This document shows, one piece after another, positions 37,878-46,478 of a stretch of DNA of 64,000 nucleotides. Position 1 is the stretch's first letter, and every line of letters starts with the position of its first letter. This stretch comes from an uncultured Phascolarctobacterium sp. (lineage in GTDB: Bacteria; Bacillota; Negativicutes; Acidaminococcales; Acidaminococcaceae), in contig NZ_CALDXR010000019.1 in assembly GCF_937920985.1 (NCBI RefSeq), positions 31,268-95,267 of the forward strand, in the 5' to 3' direction. The position numbers were made by a program, and so were the translations under genes. The notes beneath the pieces are model-generated. The model was not told the origin of the DNA, did not search any database, and was given only the letters and a program-made list of their open reading frames with translations.

Positions 37878-38448
37878 GCTGCCGCTGATTGCCGTTACGG
37901 ACAGCGCCACCTGTCCCCGTCCGCTGGCGGAGCAAATTGAGCGTCTGGCAAAGCTTACGGAGCTGCGGCCGCAGGCTGTTATTCTGCGTGCGAAGTTTTT
38001 AGACAAAGCAGCCTATCGCACGCTCGCGCTGCAAGCACAGCAAAGCTGCGAAGCTACAGGCATACCGCTTATTTTGCACAGCGATTGGCAGCTGGCACGC
38101 GAACTAGGCATAAAAAATTTGCATCTGCCGCTTGCTCTGCTGCGCCAACTGCCAACTTGCGAGCGTGCGCATTTCACCTGGCTTTCTACATCTGTTCACA
38201 GCGTAGACGAAGCAATCGAAGCACAAGCGCTTGGTGCTACTGTGCTCATCGCCGGACACATCTACACTACACAGTGCAAGGCAGGCCTTGCGCCGCGCGG
38301 CCTTGGCTTTCTGCAGGCTGTCTGCAGCGCTGTAAGCTTGCCGGTTTACGCCATTGGCGGCATAGGCTTAGATGCTGCGCAGCACGCCGAACTCAAAGCG
38401 AATGGAGCACGCGGAGCGTGCGTAATGAGCGCGTATATGAGATTGTAA
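37870..38448 (+). CDS. thiE: thiamine-phosphate synthase
   Basis: 192 aa, 8-nt overlap with thiH. TIM-barrel ThiE-like ...LHLP...STSVHS...IAGHIY...AIGGI. Confidence 0.7.
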   Translation: MSELPLIAVTDSATCPRPLAEQIERLAKLTELRPQAVILRAKFLDKAAYRTLALQAQQSCEATGIPLILHSDWQLARELGIKNLHLPLALLRQLPTCERAHFTWLSTSVHSVDEAIEAQALGATVLIAGHIYTTQCKAGLAPRGLGFLQAVCSAVSLPVYAIGGIGLDAAQHAELKANGARGACVMSAYMRL

Positions 38449-38488
38449 TAACGTTTGGTAAAAGTTATGCAAAATCACCCTGCAAAAG

Positions 38489-38517
38489 TTGACATCGGCC
38501 TCCATAACATCTATGAT
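38489..38517 (+). promoter_or_regulatory. promoter of ppa
   Basis: TTGACA (38489-38494), 17-nt spacer, TATGAT (38512-38517). Confidence 0.55.
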
Positions 38518-38583
38518 TAAGAGAGGAATTTGTGAGCAACATATTTATTTCTGTCCCAAAGCACAAGAGGAGGCAAAAACGAA

Positions 38584-39117
38584 ATGACTATGAATATCTG
38601 GCATGACATTGATCCCAAACGTATCTCTCCTGACGATTTTATTGCAGTTATCGAAATCCCCAAAGGCTGCAAGGTTAAGTACGAGCTGGACAAGGAAACA
38701 GGTCTGCTCAAAATGGACCGCATCCTGTACACCGCAACTCACTATCCTGCCAACTACGGCTTTATTCCCCGTACCTACGCAGCAGATAATGACCCGTTGG
38801 ATGTATTGGTTTTATGCTCCGAAAACGTTGTACCGATGACCTTGATGCGCTGCTACCCCATCGGCGTTATCATCATGGAGGACAGCGGTGATATGGACGA
38901 AAAGATCATTGCGATTCCTTTCGGTGACCCGATGTATAATTCCTACAAATCCATCAGCGAGCTGCCGCAGCATATCAGCGATGAAATGATTCACTTCTTC
39001 AGCGTGTATAAATCGCTCGAGGGCAAAAGCACCGCTCTTGAAGAGGCACATGATGTAGACAAGGCAAAGGAAATCATCAAGCAGTGCCAACAGCGCTATA
39101 AAGATACCTTTTGCTGA
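38584..39117 (+). CDS. ppa: family I inorganic pyrophosphatase
   Basis: 177 aa. [18 protein letters not shown]...[10 protein letters not shown]...[10 protein letters not shown]. Confidence 0.9.
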   Translation: MTMNIWHDIDPKRISPDDFIAVIEIPKGCKVKYELDKETGLLKMDRILYTATHYPANYGFIPRTYAADNDPLDVLVLCSENVVPMTLMRCYPIGVIIMEDSGDMDEKIIAIPFGDPMYNSYKSISELPQHISDEMIHFFSVYKSLEGKSTALEEAHDVDKAKEIIKQCQQRYKDTFC

Positions 39118-39136
39118 AAAATAACCATGTAAAAAA

Positions 39137-39175
39137 AGGCTATTGCGTAAAATTGCTTACGCAGTAGCCTTTTTA
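39137..39175. terminator. bidirectional hairpin terminator
   Basis: AGGCTATTGCGTAA...TTACGCAGTAGCCT flanked by an A-run and a T-run. Confidence 0.8.
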
Positions 39176-39182
39176 GGTTGGG

Positions 39183-40760
39183 TTAAAATGGATTTTGCCA
39201 AGGCATTACTGTATTCCAGTCATCGCTTTCTTCATATGGTCCTAATTCCCTTCCTTCATGCCTTATCTGTATTCTTTGACCATATTCATTGGTTGCATTC
39301 TCATAGATTGATGTATTTCTAGGAATATACTTATAACCGTTAATCCAGATTCCCAAAACATTTCCAGACTCTTCCGCCTGCATTGTTATACGAATATTTG
39401 CCGGTAATTCCAATTGCCTTGCTTTAGCACGATTCTCCGAAGAAACAATCCTATCGTAAACAACTTCATAAGAAATTTTTCCATCAAGATTTTTGGCGGT
39501 AGGAACTTTTTTACGTGCAAAATTCAGCTTATAATATTCATGCATAATATCATAAGGCAGAAATGTTTTCGTTAAAGCTATAGCTTCAGCTAAAGATACC
39601 TGTTTTTCATCTCGCAACTTAGCTAAATCCAGGAAAATGACAAAGACATAATTACTTTTATCTGCACGACTCATGCTTTCTATAGACAGCAAACATTTTT
39701 TGCCATTTATACCATATTTTTCATTTGTACTCGTCTTATTAAAATAAACAGCTTCCTCAATGAACTTCTTGCCAAAGGTCAGCATATCATCATAATTGTC
39801 TAAAAGCCGCGGATGTTCAGAAGCCGACAATAACTCCCAGCTTTTTTCTAAATACGGTGCTTCCTTAGGTGATTGATGCCAATTTGCAGGTTTCCATTCC
39901 GTAAATTTATAGTTATTGTCCAATCGTCCGCCTAACTGATTCAGCAGTATCGCAATGCGTATATTCTTTACTCGGTTGTTTGTATCTGCTTCAAATCTTA
40001 TCGTTATACTTCCCGGATAGCCATGTACCATATACTTAGATTGATATTTTTCTTTTAAATGATATCTGATATCATAATACCTTTTATTATTTGCAGCACT
40101 CAAATAATCTGCACACTTGGTTTCAGCAAGCTCATAATACTCGTCCATGATTTCCCAAGGGATAAATGTTTCCGCTATATCTACTGCTTCATCAATCTTA
40201 ATATTATTTGTTTCCTGCGCATTAGAAAGATAAATTTGAATATCCCTTACTTTAGCATCGTCATCTTGAGAATCTGTAAATATATTCTCAGGCACTGTTT
40301 CAAAACAAAGAACAGTCTTATCATCGTATTTTGAAGAATCTAGCTTAACAATCCGTCCCTGTCCCTCGTAAAATCTTTTCACATCAGCTCTGGAAGAAAA
40401 TAGTTTAGGATGATTGGCTTTAGTAATTAATTCCTTTACTTCATTTTTTGGAGGCACAACAGATGACGAAACATCTACCTTGTTTGCCAAAAACATACAA
40501 CTGCTAAATAACATAATAAAGCCAACAAAAACAAACAGCAGATTTCTTAAGCACCCTCCTTTGGCCTGAGGAGGCTCTTCTTCATAATCATTTGTATAAT
40601 ACATCGAATCATCGAAATTAATATTATAGTTATAGATAATATAGTTTCCATCATTTGCAAGAACATATTTTGTTCCGCAATGTCTGCAGGTGTATATATT
40701 GTCCTGATAACTAAAATCACTGCTGCCGCAGTTTTCGCAAACCAGTTTTTTTAATTCCAT
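39183..40760 (-). CDS. hypothetical zinc-ribbon / single-pass membrane protein with an internally duplicated exo-domain (525 aa)
   Basis: N-terminal CENCG...CRHCG zinc ribbon, TM LLFVFVGFIMLFSSCMFLA, and two related ~200-aa modules (..AVDIAETFIPWEIMDEYYEL.. and ..AIALTKTFLPYDIMHEYYKL..). Markedly lower G+C than its neighbours. Confidence 0.6.
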   Translation of the reverse strand: MELKKLVCENCGSSDFSYQDNIYTCRHCGTKYVLANDGNYIIYNYNINFDDSMYYTNDYEEEPPQAKGGCLRNLLFVFVGFIMLFSSCMFLANKVDVSSSVVPPKNEVKELITKANHPKLFSSRADVKRFYEGQGRIVKLDSSKYDDKTVLCFETVPENIFTDSQDDDAKVRDIQIYLSNAQETNNIKIDEAVDIAETFIPWEIMDEYYELAETKCADYLSAANNKRYYDIRYHLKEKYQSKYMVHGYPGSITIRFEADTNNRVKNIRIAILLNQLGGRLDNNYKFTEWKPANWHQSPKEAPYLEKSWELLSASEHPRLLDNYDDMLTFGKKFIEEAVYFNKTSTNEKYGINGKKCLLSIESMSRADKSNYVFVIFLDLAKLRDEKQVSLAEAIALTKTFLPYDIMHEYYKLNFARKKVPTAKNLDGKISYEVVYDRIVSSENRAKARQLELPANIRITMQAEESGNVLGIWINGYKYIPRNTSIYENATNEYGQRIQIRHEGRELGPYEESDDWNTVMPWQNPF

Positions 40761-40990
40761 CTCAGCACCTCAAACCTTAGCATATAAGCATCTATCTCTA
40801 ACTTATTACCATGCCTTACACTATTATTATACAACGTCAAGCATCATAAATCCTCTTCAGAAAATATTTATATGCTACAGCTCTTCCACCCACAAAAAAA
40901 GGACTGCCTTTCGCAAATGCGTCCAGCAGCCATAAAATAAGGGAAAGCGTATTTAGTTAAGAAGCAGCGGCTCACGCCAATGCTTCTTTT

Positions 40991-42109
40991 TTAGTTGCCG
41001 CGTACATACTCGCGCGGCACACGCGGGCTCACGTCGCAGATAATTTCATAGCAGATAGTATCTGCCCATTCCGCAACCAGCTCCATTGGCAGCTCACGAC
41101 CGCCAAACACGATGACCTCACTGCCCAGCTTGACGTCCGGAATATCCGTCACGTCCAGCATCGTCTGGTCCATGCATACGCGTCCGATAATCGGCGCCTT
41201 TTTGCCGTTGACCAGCATATACCCGCGGTTAGACAAGCGGCGGCTCACGCCGTCAGCATAACCGATAGGCACAGTAGCAATAACACTAGGTCTCGTCAAT
41301 GTATAGGTTCTGCCATAGCCGATGGTTTCACCGGGTGGCAGTGTTTTCACAAAAGCAACCTGCGTCTTCACAGTCATAACAGGCTCAAAATCCTTGTAGC
41401 AGTCAATCATATGCGCCGGGTGCAGGCCATACAGGGTGATTCCCTGACGCACCATATCCAGCTGATATTCCTGCAGCTCCGTCAGCGCAGCACTGTTGGC
41501 GATATGACGGATAGGGATATGCACTCCCTCCGCTTCAATCAGGCGCAGCGCCTCCTGAAAGCGTTCAAATTGATAGGCAGCATACTGCTTATCATCGGCG
41601 TCAGCAGTCGCAAAGTGACTGAATACGCCCTCGATATAGATACCGGGCAAGGACGCTGCCAGCTTGGCAAACCTGCCGGCATCACGCACATGCACACCGA
41701 TACGATGCATACCTGTATCAATCTTAATATGTATTTTAGCCTTCGTATGCAGCTTCAAAGCCGCCGCATTCAAAGCATATAAGCGTTCTTCATCAAATAC
41801 TGCATGGCTGATATCATAGCGCACACAGATTTCCGCAACCTCCGGCAGCATTGAGCCAAGCACCAGAATCGGTTTTTCAATACCGGCCTCGCGCAGCTTC
41901 ACGCCCTCCTGCAGGAGAGCTACCGCAAAAAAGTCTGCACCATTACGCGCTGCCTCCTGCGCTACGCGCACAGCGCCATGACCATAGGCATCTGCCTTGA
42001 CGACAGCACATAATTTGGTTGTCGGCTTCAGATTGGCCTTAGCCATCTGCACGTTATGTGCAATTGCATCTAAATTTATTTCTGCCCACGCACCACGTTG
42101 AATATGCAC
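40991..42109 (-). CDS. alr: alanine racemase
   Basis: 372 aa with a GTG start behind AGGAGGA. VVKADAYGHG PLP-lysine motif. Confidence 0.9.
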   Translation of the reverse strand: MHIQRGAWAEINLDAIAHNVQMAKANLKPTTKLCAVVKADAYGHGAVRVAQEAARNGADFFAVALLQEGVKLREAGIEKPILVLGSMLPEVAEICVRYDISHAVFDEERLYALNAAALKLHTKAKIHIKIDTGMHRIGVHVRDAGRFAKLAASLPGIYIEGVFSHFATADADDKQYAAYQFERFQEALRLIEAEGVHIPIRHIANSAALTELQEYQLDMVRQGITLYGLHPAHMIDCYKDFEPVMTVKTQVAFVKTLPPGETIGYGRTYTLTRPSVIATVPIGYADGVSRRLSNRGYMLVNGKKAPIIGRVCMDQTMLDVTDIPDVKLGSEVIVFGGRELPMELVAEWADTICYEIICDVSPRVPREYVRGN

Positions 42110-42265
42110 AATGGCATCCTCCTAAGCTTATCGTCCATAAAATAAGCCGCAGGCAAAGCATCGTTGCTGCGGCATCAAACTTACCCTGGAATTTTGTTTA
42201 GCATACATTATATTTTACAAAACTCTAGTATTAGCATATAACCAACAGGGGATTTTGTCAATATT

Positions 42266-42409
42266 TTATTTTTTTATCGAGGTACAGTTTTTAGCATGCG
42301 GACAGCCGGAACAGCCGTTACAGCCGCCACGATACTTTTTGCCAAAATAACTGCGCACCGCCAAAATCACCAGTACCACTAACAAACCACCAATAATATA
42401 GGTTGCCAT
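42266..42409 (-). CDS. FeoB-associated Cys-rich small membrane protein
   Basis: 47 aa from ATG 42409. One TM (YIIGGLLVVLVILAV) followed by GGCNGCSGCPHAKNC. No feoB adjacent. Confidence 0.55.
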   Translation of the reverse strand: MATYIIGGLLVVLVILAVRSYFGKKYRGGCNGCSGCPHAKNCTSIKK

Positions 42410-42446
42410 CAGTCTGCTCACTTTACAATTATCATTATTCACTATA

Positions 42447-42692
42447 TTAGCCAAGAATTCTAGCTATAGTGTAAACTAAAATTGCCTTTTTTACAAATGA
42501 ATTCTTTGTGAAAGAGTGACACAGACAGTAAGAATTTTTGCCTGCCTTTATTTTGCTGTAATGGTTGGTCAGGTCTTTGTCCAGATCAATGTCGATGTTA
42601 CCACTGGCAATGATATTCGCATCAGCAGTCTCTTTATCGATCTGCGCAGTCAAAATCTGCCTGTCAAACTTGCGCACTGCATCATAATAATA
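42447..42692 (-). pseudogene. start-less hemagglutinin-repeat-like fragment at the left border of the AT-rich island
   Basis: Open frame ...RQILTAQIDKETADANIIASGNIDIDLDKDL... bounded upstream by TAG, with no ATG. Intermediate G+C. Confidence 0.35.
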
Positions 42693-42705
42693 CTAAGAAA
42701 CAACG

Positions 42706-43110
42706 CTACAATAATATATCATTTGTTATACCAAAAGCATATAATAATAGTAAAAGTAAAGTTGCAATATATATGTATATAATTTTTTCTTTAATTACAT
42801 TATATACTTTATAATCTTCTTCCTCAGCTTTTCCCATAAATATTTTTATCATCGCTCTTCTTTTTATTCCATATAGCATTAATGATAACCCAAGCCCCCA
42901 CAAAGGAAAAAAATACCTTATAAAGTCGCTAATATCAAAAATATCTAAAATACATCCTATCATAAAGATAACTATCATAAAAGCTCCAGCATTAAGCGAA
43001 ATAAAATACTTTTTATCACTTATTGATTTGAAATCCAAATTTTTACAGTAGACATTTATAATTCCTATCGTAAAAAAAGCTACCATTGTTGCTAAAATAT
43101 AACATCCCAT
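42706..43110 (-). CDS. small polytopic membrane protein (134 aa), immunity-like
   Basis: About 4 hydrophobic helices. Its ATG overlaps the stop (TAATG) of a short upstream frame ending ...GYDILATTDKEMGLK. Confidence 0.5.
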   Translation of the reverse strand: MGCYILATMVAFFTIGIINVYCKNLDFKSISDKKYFISLNAGAFMIVIFMIGCILDIFDISDFIRYFFPLWGLGLSLMLYGIKRRAMIKIFMGKAEEEDYKVYNVIKEKIIYIYIATLLLLLLYAFGITNDILL

Positions 43111-43183
43111 TATTTTAACCCCATCTCTTTATCAGTAGTTGCTAAAATATCGTAACCATCAAATATGACGCGGATATAAAATC

Positions 43184-43537
43184 TCAATTCAATAATATAA
43201 AGAATAAATCCACTTTATATTTTAGCTTAATCACTGAAACAATCCACGGAAAAACAAATACACCCAAAATAGTAAATAATATAAATCTTATAGTATTGCT
43301 AAATATAAATCTACGTTTCATTAATTCTAATTGATCTTTGCTTATTATGTATTTTTGTTCTAACATCTTTTTAAATTCCACATGGATATTCATCCAAACG
43401 TAAGCTAACATTAACAATATTAATTTTATTGGGAAATACTATTTCCATAATGGAACACTAACTGGAACATCGCACATTACAACATATACGAAGTATAAGA
43501 CTAAATAATAAAATAATAAAATTTTTATTTTCCGCAT
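43184..43537 (-). pseudogene. homologue of the 123-aa membrane protein (45729-46100), interrupted by an in-frame TAG (43439-43441)
   Basis: ATG 43537 MRKIKILLFYYLVLYFVYVVMCDVPVSVPLWK-TAG-YFPIKLILLMLAYVW... The track lists only the 3' part (43184-43417). Confidence 0.6.
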
Positions 43538-43539
43538 GA

Positions 43540-43937
43540 TCAATTGTCCTTTTCAACTAAGTCATATAAATTCTTTATATCCATGCCTAATACTAAAGGA
43601 TCTAATAATACTTCTGCTTTACTACGTTCTATTGAATCAGTTGCAACTTTATTCTCGCAATTTAAATTTATCTTTATTTTACCACTCTCTATTTTTCAGT
43701 GCTGAAATAACAACATACTTAAAATCAACTAACTCTTTAGCTTTTTCCTTCTCTTCTGTTGTAATATCTTGAAATAATACCGCCTTTAAGGTCAGTGTTT
43801 TCACCTACATTAATCTTAAAGCCATCTTTGCCTGCGTAAATACCGCTTTGGTCTGTAACGCTTTCATATTTACTATCAACATTATCCTTGCTTACATTGC
43901 CACTAATTCCAGCAAAATCAGCTTTGATATTCCTCAA
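43540..43937 (-). pseudogene. CdiA/FhaB-like FHA-2/pretoxin stub plus frameshifted C-terminal (toxin-tail) remnant
   Basis: ...ADFAGISGNVSKDNVDSKYESVTDQSGIYAGKDGFKINVGENTDLKGGII..., then two further frames (..EEKEKAKELVDFKYVVISALKNRE.., ..GKIKINLNCENKVATDSIERSKAEVLLDPLVLGMDIKNLYDLVEKDN*). No ATG. Confidence 0.6.
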
Positions 43938-44442
43938 GATTATCCATTATTTTTTTAATTATACCATCAAATTGAGAATCAAAGTCTTCCCTCTTTATTT
44001 TAAATTCAAAACCACTTACAGTATTACCGAATGATTTAGTTATTCTGTCACGTTCAGGCATTGCAATTTCATATTCTTTCAATTCTTCTCTATAAATGAC
44101 CTCAATAAGATAGTGCATATTAAAAAAATGATTCCATATTTTATATTTTGTTTTTTTAAATGGATCAACAAATTCTTCTTTATCATATTTGTAATTTTCT
44201 AAGCTAAGCATTAGGCATCTAAATACTCTTTCTTTCAATGATTTAATATCAACATTTTCAATAATACTACCCATGCTCCTACTAAATCCAATACTTGTAA
44301 CATGCAATGTCAAAATAGATATTTCACCTGTGTTTTTTTCTATATATATGTTTAATAATCCTTTCATTTTGCCACCTACTCTACAATAGCGATATTTGTA
44401 TTATTTTCGGCAATCAGGTCTGCTTTTTCTGCTTCACTAGCT
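43770..44442 (-). repeat. direct repeat copy 1 (stub / 149-codon ORF / stub cassette)
   Basis: Blocks 43831-44020 and 44311-44442 are near-identical to 46746-46935 and 47226-47357 at a constant offset of 2915 nt. The core is diverged but has the same length. Confidence 0.8.
43918..44367 (-). CDS. 149-aa cytoplasmic hypothetical protein, copy 1 (immunity-like cassette ORF)
   Basis: Intact ORF with no TM and GTAGGTGG upstream. Paralogue at 46833-47282. Confidence 0.6.
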   Translation of the reverse strand: MKGLLNIYIEKNTGEISILTLHVTSIGFSRSMGSIIENVDIKSLKERVFRCLMLSLENYKYDKEEFVDPFKKTKYKIWNHFFNMHYLIEVIYREELKEYEIAMPERDRITKSFGNTVSGFEFKIKREDFDSQFDGIIKKIMDNLEEYQS

Positions 44443-44450
44443 TTATAACC
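44376..44450 (-). pseudogene. 24-codon hemagglutinin-repeat stub (GYKASEAEKADLIAENNTNIAIVE*)
   Basis: Same sequence and frame as the 3' end of the 47291-47461 stub. Begins directly after the stop of the 147-aa ORF. Confidence 0.5.
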
Positions 44451-44882
44451 TTACCTACTTAAAGGTAAACCATATAAAAAAGATACTATCTGATCACGAC
44501 AATCAACAAACAATAAAGAATATACATCTCTACTATCATCAAAAATCAATAAAACCTTACCTTTTTTACATATTGTTTTCTTTGCATTTGACTCTATTAT
44601 TATCCAACCATTTTTATTGATACTTTCCTTTAACTGTTCAGATATATCTATATTTTTGCAACTCAAAACACAGTTTAAAGTACAATCTCCTAAAATATAT
44701 CTTTGCGTTTCGAGCTTAACTACCTTTGCTTCAGTCGGCACACTCAAATGAATCAATTGCAAATACATAGCTCTTTCTTTGTTTATTACATCATTGCTGT
44801 ATTTTAACAAAGCATTTGAATATACCAATACTGCAGCACAAAACAAACTTAAAACTGCTGTTACAATAAACTGTTTCTTCAT
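44451..44882 (-). CDS. signal-anchored small protein (143 aa from ATG 44882)
   Basis: MKKQFIVTAVLSLFCAAVLVYSN N-terminal hydrophobic segment. GGGGGA RBS before the second ATG (the track starts at 44894). Confidence 0.5.
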   Translation of the reverse strand: MKKQFIVTAVLSLFCAAVLVYSNALLKYSNDVINKERAMYLQLIHLSVPTEAKVVKLETQRYILGDCTLNCVLSCKNIDISEQLKESINKNGWIIIESNAKKTICKKGKVLLIFDDSRDVYSLLFVDCRDQIVSFLYGLPLSR

Positions 44883-44896
44883 ATTATCCCCCATGT

Positions 44897-45313
44897 TTAC
44901 AGAAGCGTTACCATTATATTGTACTTATGAATATCTTTTATGTATTGTATTCTATACTCTAATCTGTTATCTATATATACTCTTGAGGTATCTCCATTTC
45001 GCTTGCTCAATTTATATCCGTCGTGCTTATTAAAAATTGCTTCCGAAAGCTCCTCAAATCCCATATTAGAATTAAAGCTCATATTAATCACTGCCACTCT
45101 ACCACTACTCTTACCAGGATTAAAAGAAATGTAGAAATTACTTATATCACTTTTAGGTAAGTCTAACCTTAAAACCTTTTCAAGAGCAATATCCATATGT
45201 GAAATAGCGTAATCCTCCTCTACCAAATTTCTAGTATTTGGGGAAAAAATGCATAAACAAAATACAATTACCTCTGTTAGCAAAATATATACTATCGACT
45301 TATGTATTACCAT
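44897..45313 (-). CDS. signal-anchored small protein (138 aa)
   Basis: N-terminal IVYILLTEVIVFCLCIF hydrophobic segment and AAGGAG RBS. No family recognised. Confidence 0.5.
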   Translation of the reverse strand: MVIHKSIVYILLTEVIVFCLCIFSPNTRNLVEEDYAISHMDIALEKVLRLDLPKSDISNFYISFNPGKSSGRVAVINMSFNSNMGFEELSEAIFNKHDGYKLSKRNGDTSRVYIDNRLEYRIQYIKDIHKYNIMVTLL

Positions 45314-45728
45314 AACCGAACTCCTTTACATCACCATGTAATCGAATAATCAACAATTGCACCTACTGAAAATCCAACCCCAATCATTAATATTTTATAA
45401 TTATCAGGTGTAATACCATAATAAACACCGTCAAATGCTTCTAACTTTCCGCCAACAGAAACTCCCCTCAATATGTAAAGCCTTTGCTACTGACTAGCGA
45501 CCTTGTTTCGAAACTATACTACGCTTACATTCAAACCACAGGAAGTTGTACGTTCACCAATCACAAGCTCTCACCTGCGATAGAACTATTTCTGAAATTT
45601 TTTTAAGAATGATGGAGTAAGCAAAAATGCCAACAACAGCTTTTGACAAAGACAAAGACAAATTATAGCCGCTTTTGCAGTCTTCATATCAACATTAAGG
45701 ATACCCTATTGGGAGCGGAATAGTACTT

Positions 45729-46100
45729 TTAGTTTGTAACCAAAAAACTTAAGTTTACTCCATATACATCACGTATTAAGAGTAATATATATGGTGCTAT
45801 AAATACAAAAAAAACTGCAATCAACATAAAAATCAAGGTGTTTTGATAAACAAACTTTTTTCCTAAATGTTCAAACTTGATTTTATCTTTATCTCTATAA
45901 TACATCATTTTTTTAGCATCATTAAAAATTTTAGTCCATAAAAATGCCATAAATATAAGCAATAACTTTATTGGAAAATATGCTTTCCACGCCTCTTCAT
46001 TTATACCACACTCTTTATTCGGTAAGATTATATATATAAGATAGAATATAGAATAGAATATCATGTAGTTCTTTATGTAGCGACTAGTTATCTGTTTCAT
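45729..46100 (-). CDS. 123-aa polytopic membrane protein, immunity-like (intact family member)
   Basis: Three hydrophobic helices and the W-K-A-YFPI motif shared with 43184-43537 and 46365-46478. Its start lies inside the 3' end of the upstream toxin-tail frame. Confidence 0.55.
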   Translation of the reverse strand: MKQITSRYIKNYMIFYSIFYLIYIILPNKECGINEEAWKAYFPIKLLLIFMAFLWTKIFNDAKKMMYYRDKDKIKFEHLGKKFVYQNTLIFMLIAVFFVFIAPYILLLIRDVYGVNLSFLVTN

Positions 46101-46374
46101 GATTTTGTTTTAACTCCTCTATGGTTTTTACATCCATTAAAATTCCTATATCATTTAACATCTCTTTTACTCTTATTCTTTCAAAATCATCTGTAATTAC
46201 TTTATCCCAATTTATATTATCAACTCTCCCTTTCTTAATTGCAATAGCGAAGGAACTAGCATCGCCATATATACTAATTACTTTAGCTGTTATATCTAAT
46301 TTATTATAAAAATTATTTCCTAAATTATCTTTAATAACATTATATTTTTGGCTATCGTTATCAATCAGATCATG
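46084..46374 (-). pseudogene. 96-codon open frame without a start codon: toxin C-terminal-domain-like remnant
   Basis: HDLIDNDSQKYNVIKDNLGNNFYNKLDITAKVISIYGDASSFAIAIKKGRVDNINWDKVITDDFERIRVKEMLNDIGILMDVKTIEELKQNHETDN*. Its tail resembles the copy-1 remnant tail. Not in the ORF track. Confidence 0.45.
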
Positions 46375-46478
46375 TTAGCTATAGGAAAATATCGCTGCCA
46401 CAATGGAATATTAATCATATCATTGTAATAAAACCCAAGAATCATTATAAACAGAAAATATATTATTACTCTTCTCAT
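46365..46478 (-). pseudogene. truncated 37-codon member of the small membrane protein family
   Basis: MRRVIIYFLFIMILGFYYNDMINIPLWQRYFPIANMI*. ATGA overlap with the preceding remnant frame. Confidence 0.45.

Noticed and set aside
36447-38006. 519-aa minus-strand ORF spanning thiG/thiH/thiE
   Set aside because: Antisense shadow of three well-supported thi genes. The same reasoning applies to 19954-21249(+), 17656-18759(+), 29291-30364(+), 10999-12045(+), 23906-25015(+), 61245-62420(-) and 62615-63721(-).
40951-40988. Plus-oriented hairpin plus T-run just downstream of the alr stop, suggesting an unannotated plus-strand transcript
   Set aside because: There is no plus-strand promoter or ORF upstream. 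It is most simply part of the bidirectional terminator region of alr (a second hairpin with a U-run for the minus strand lies at about 40903-40935).
45541-45572. Group II intron domain-V-like hairpin (GAGCUUGUG...CGUACAACUUC) in the GC-richer patch of the island
   Set aside because: The lower stem has a C-C mismatch where the catalytic-triad pairing should be. The upper stem and GNRA loop are missing, and no intron-encoded protein or other domains are seen.
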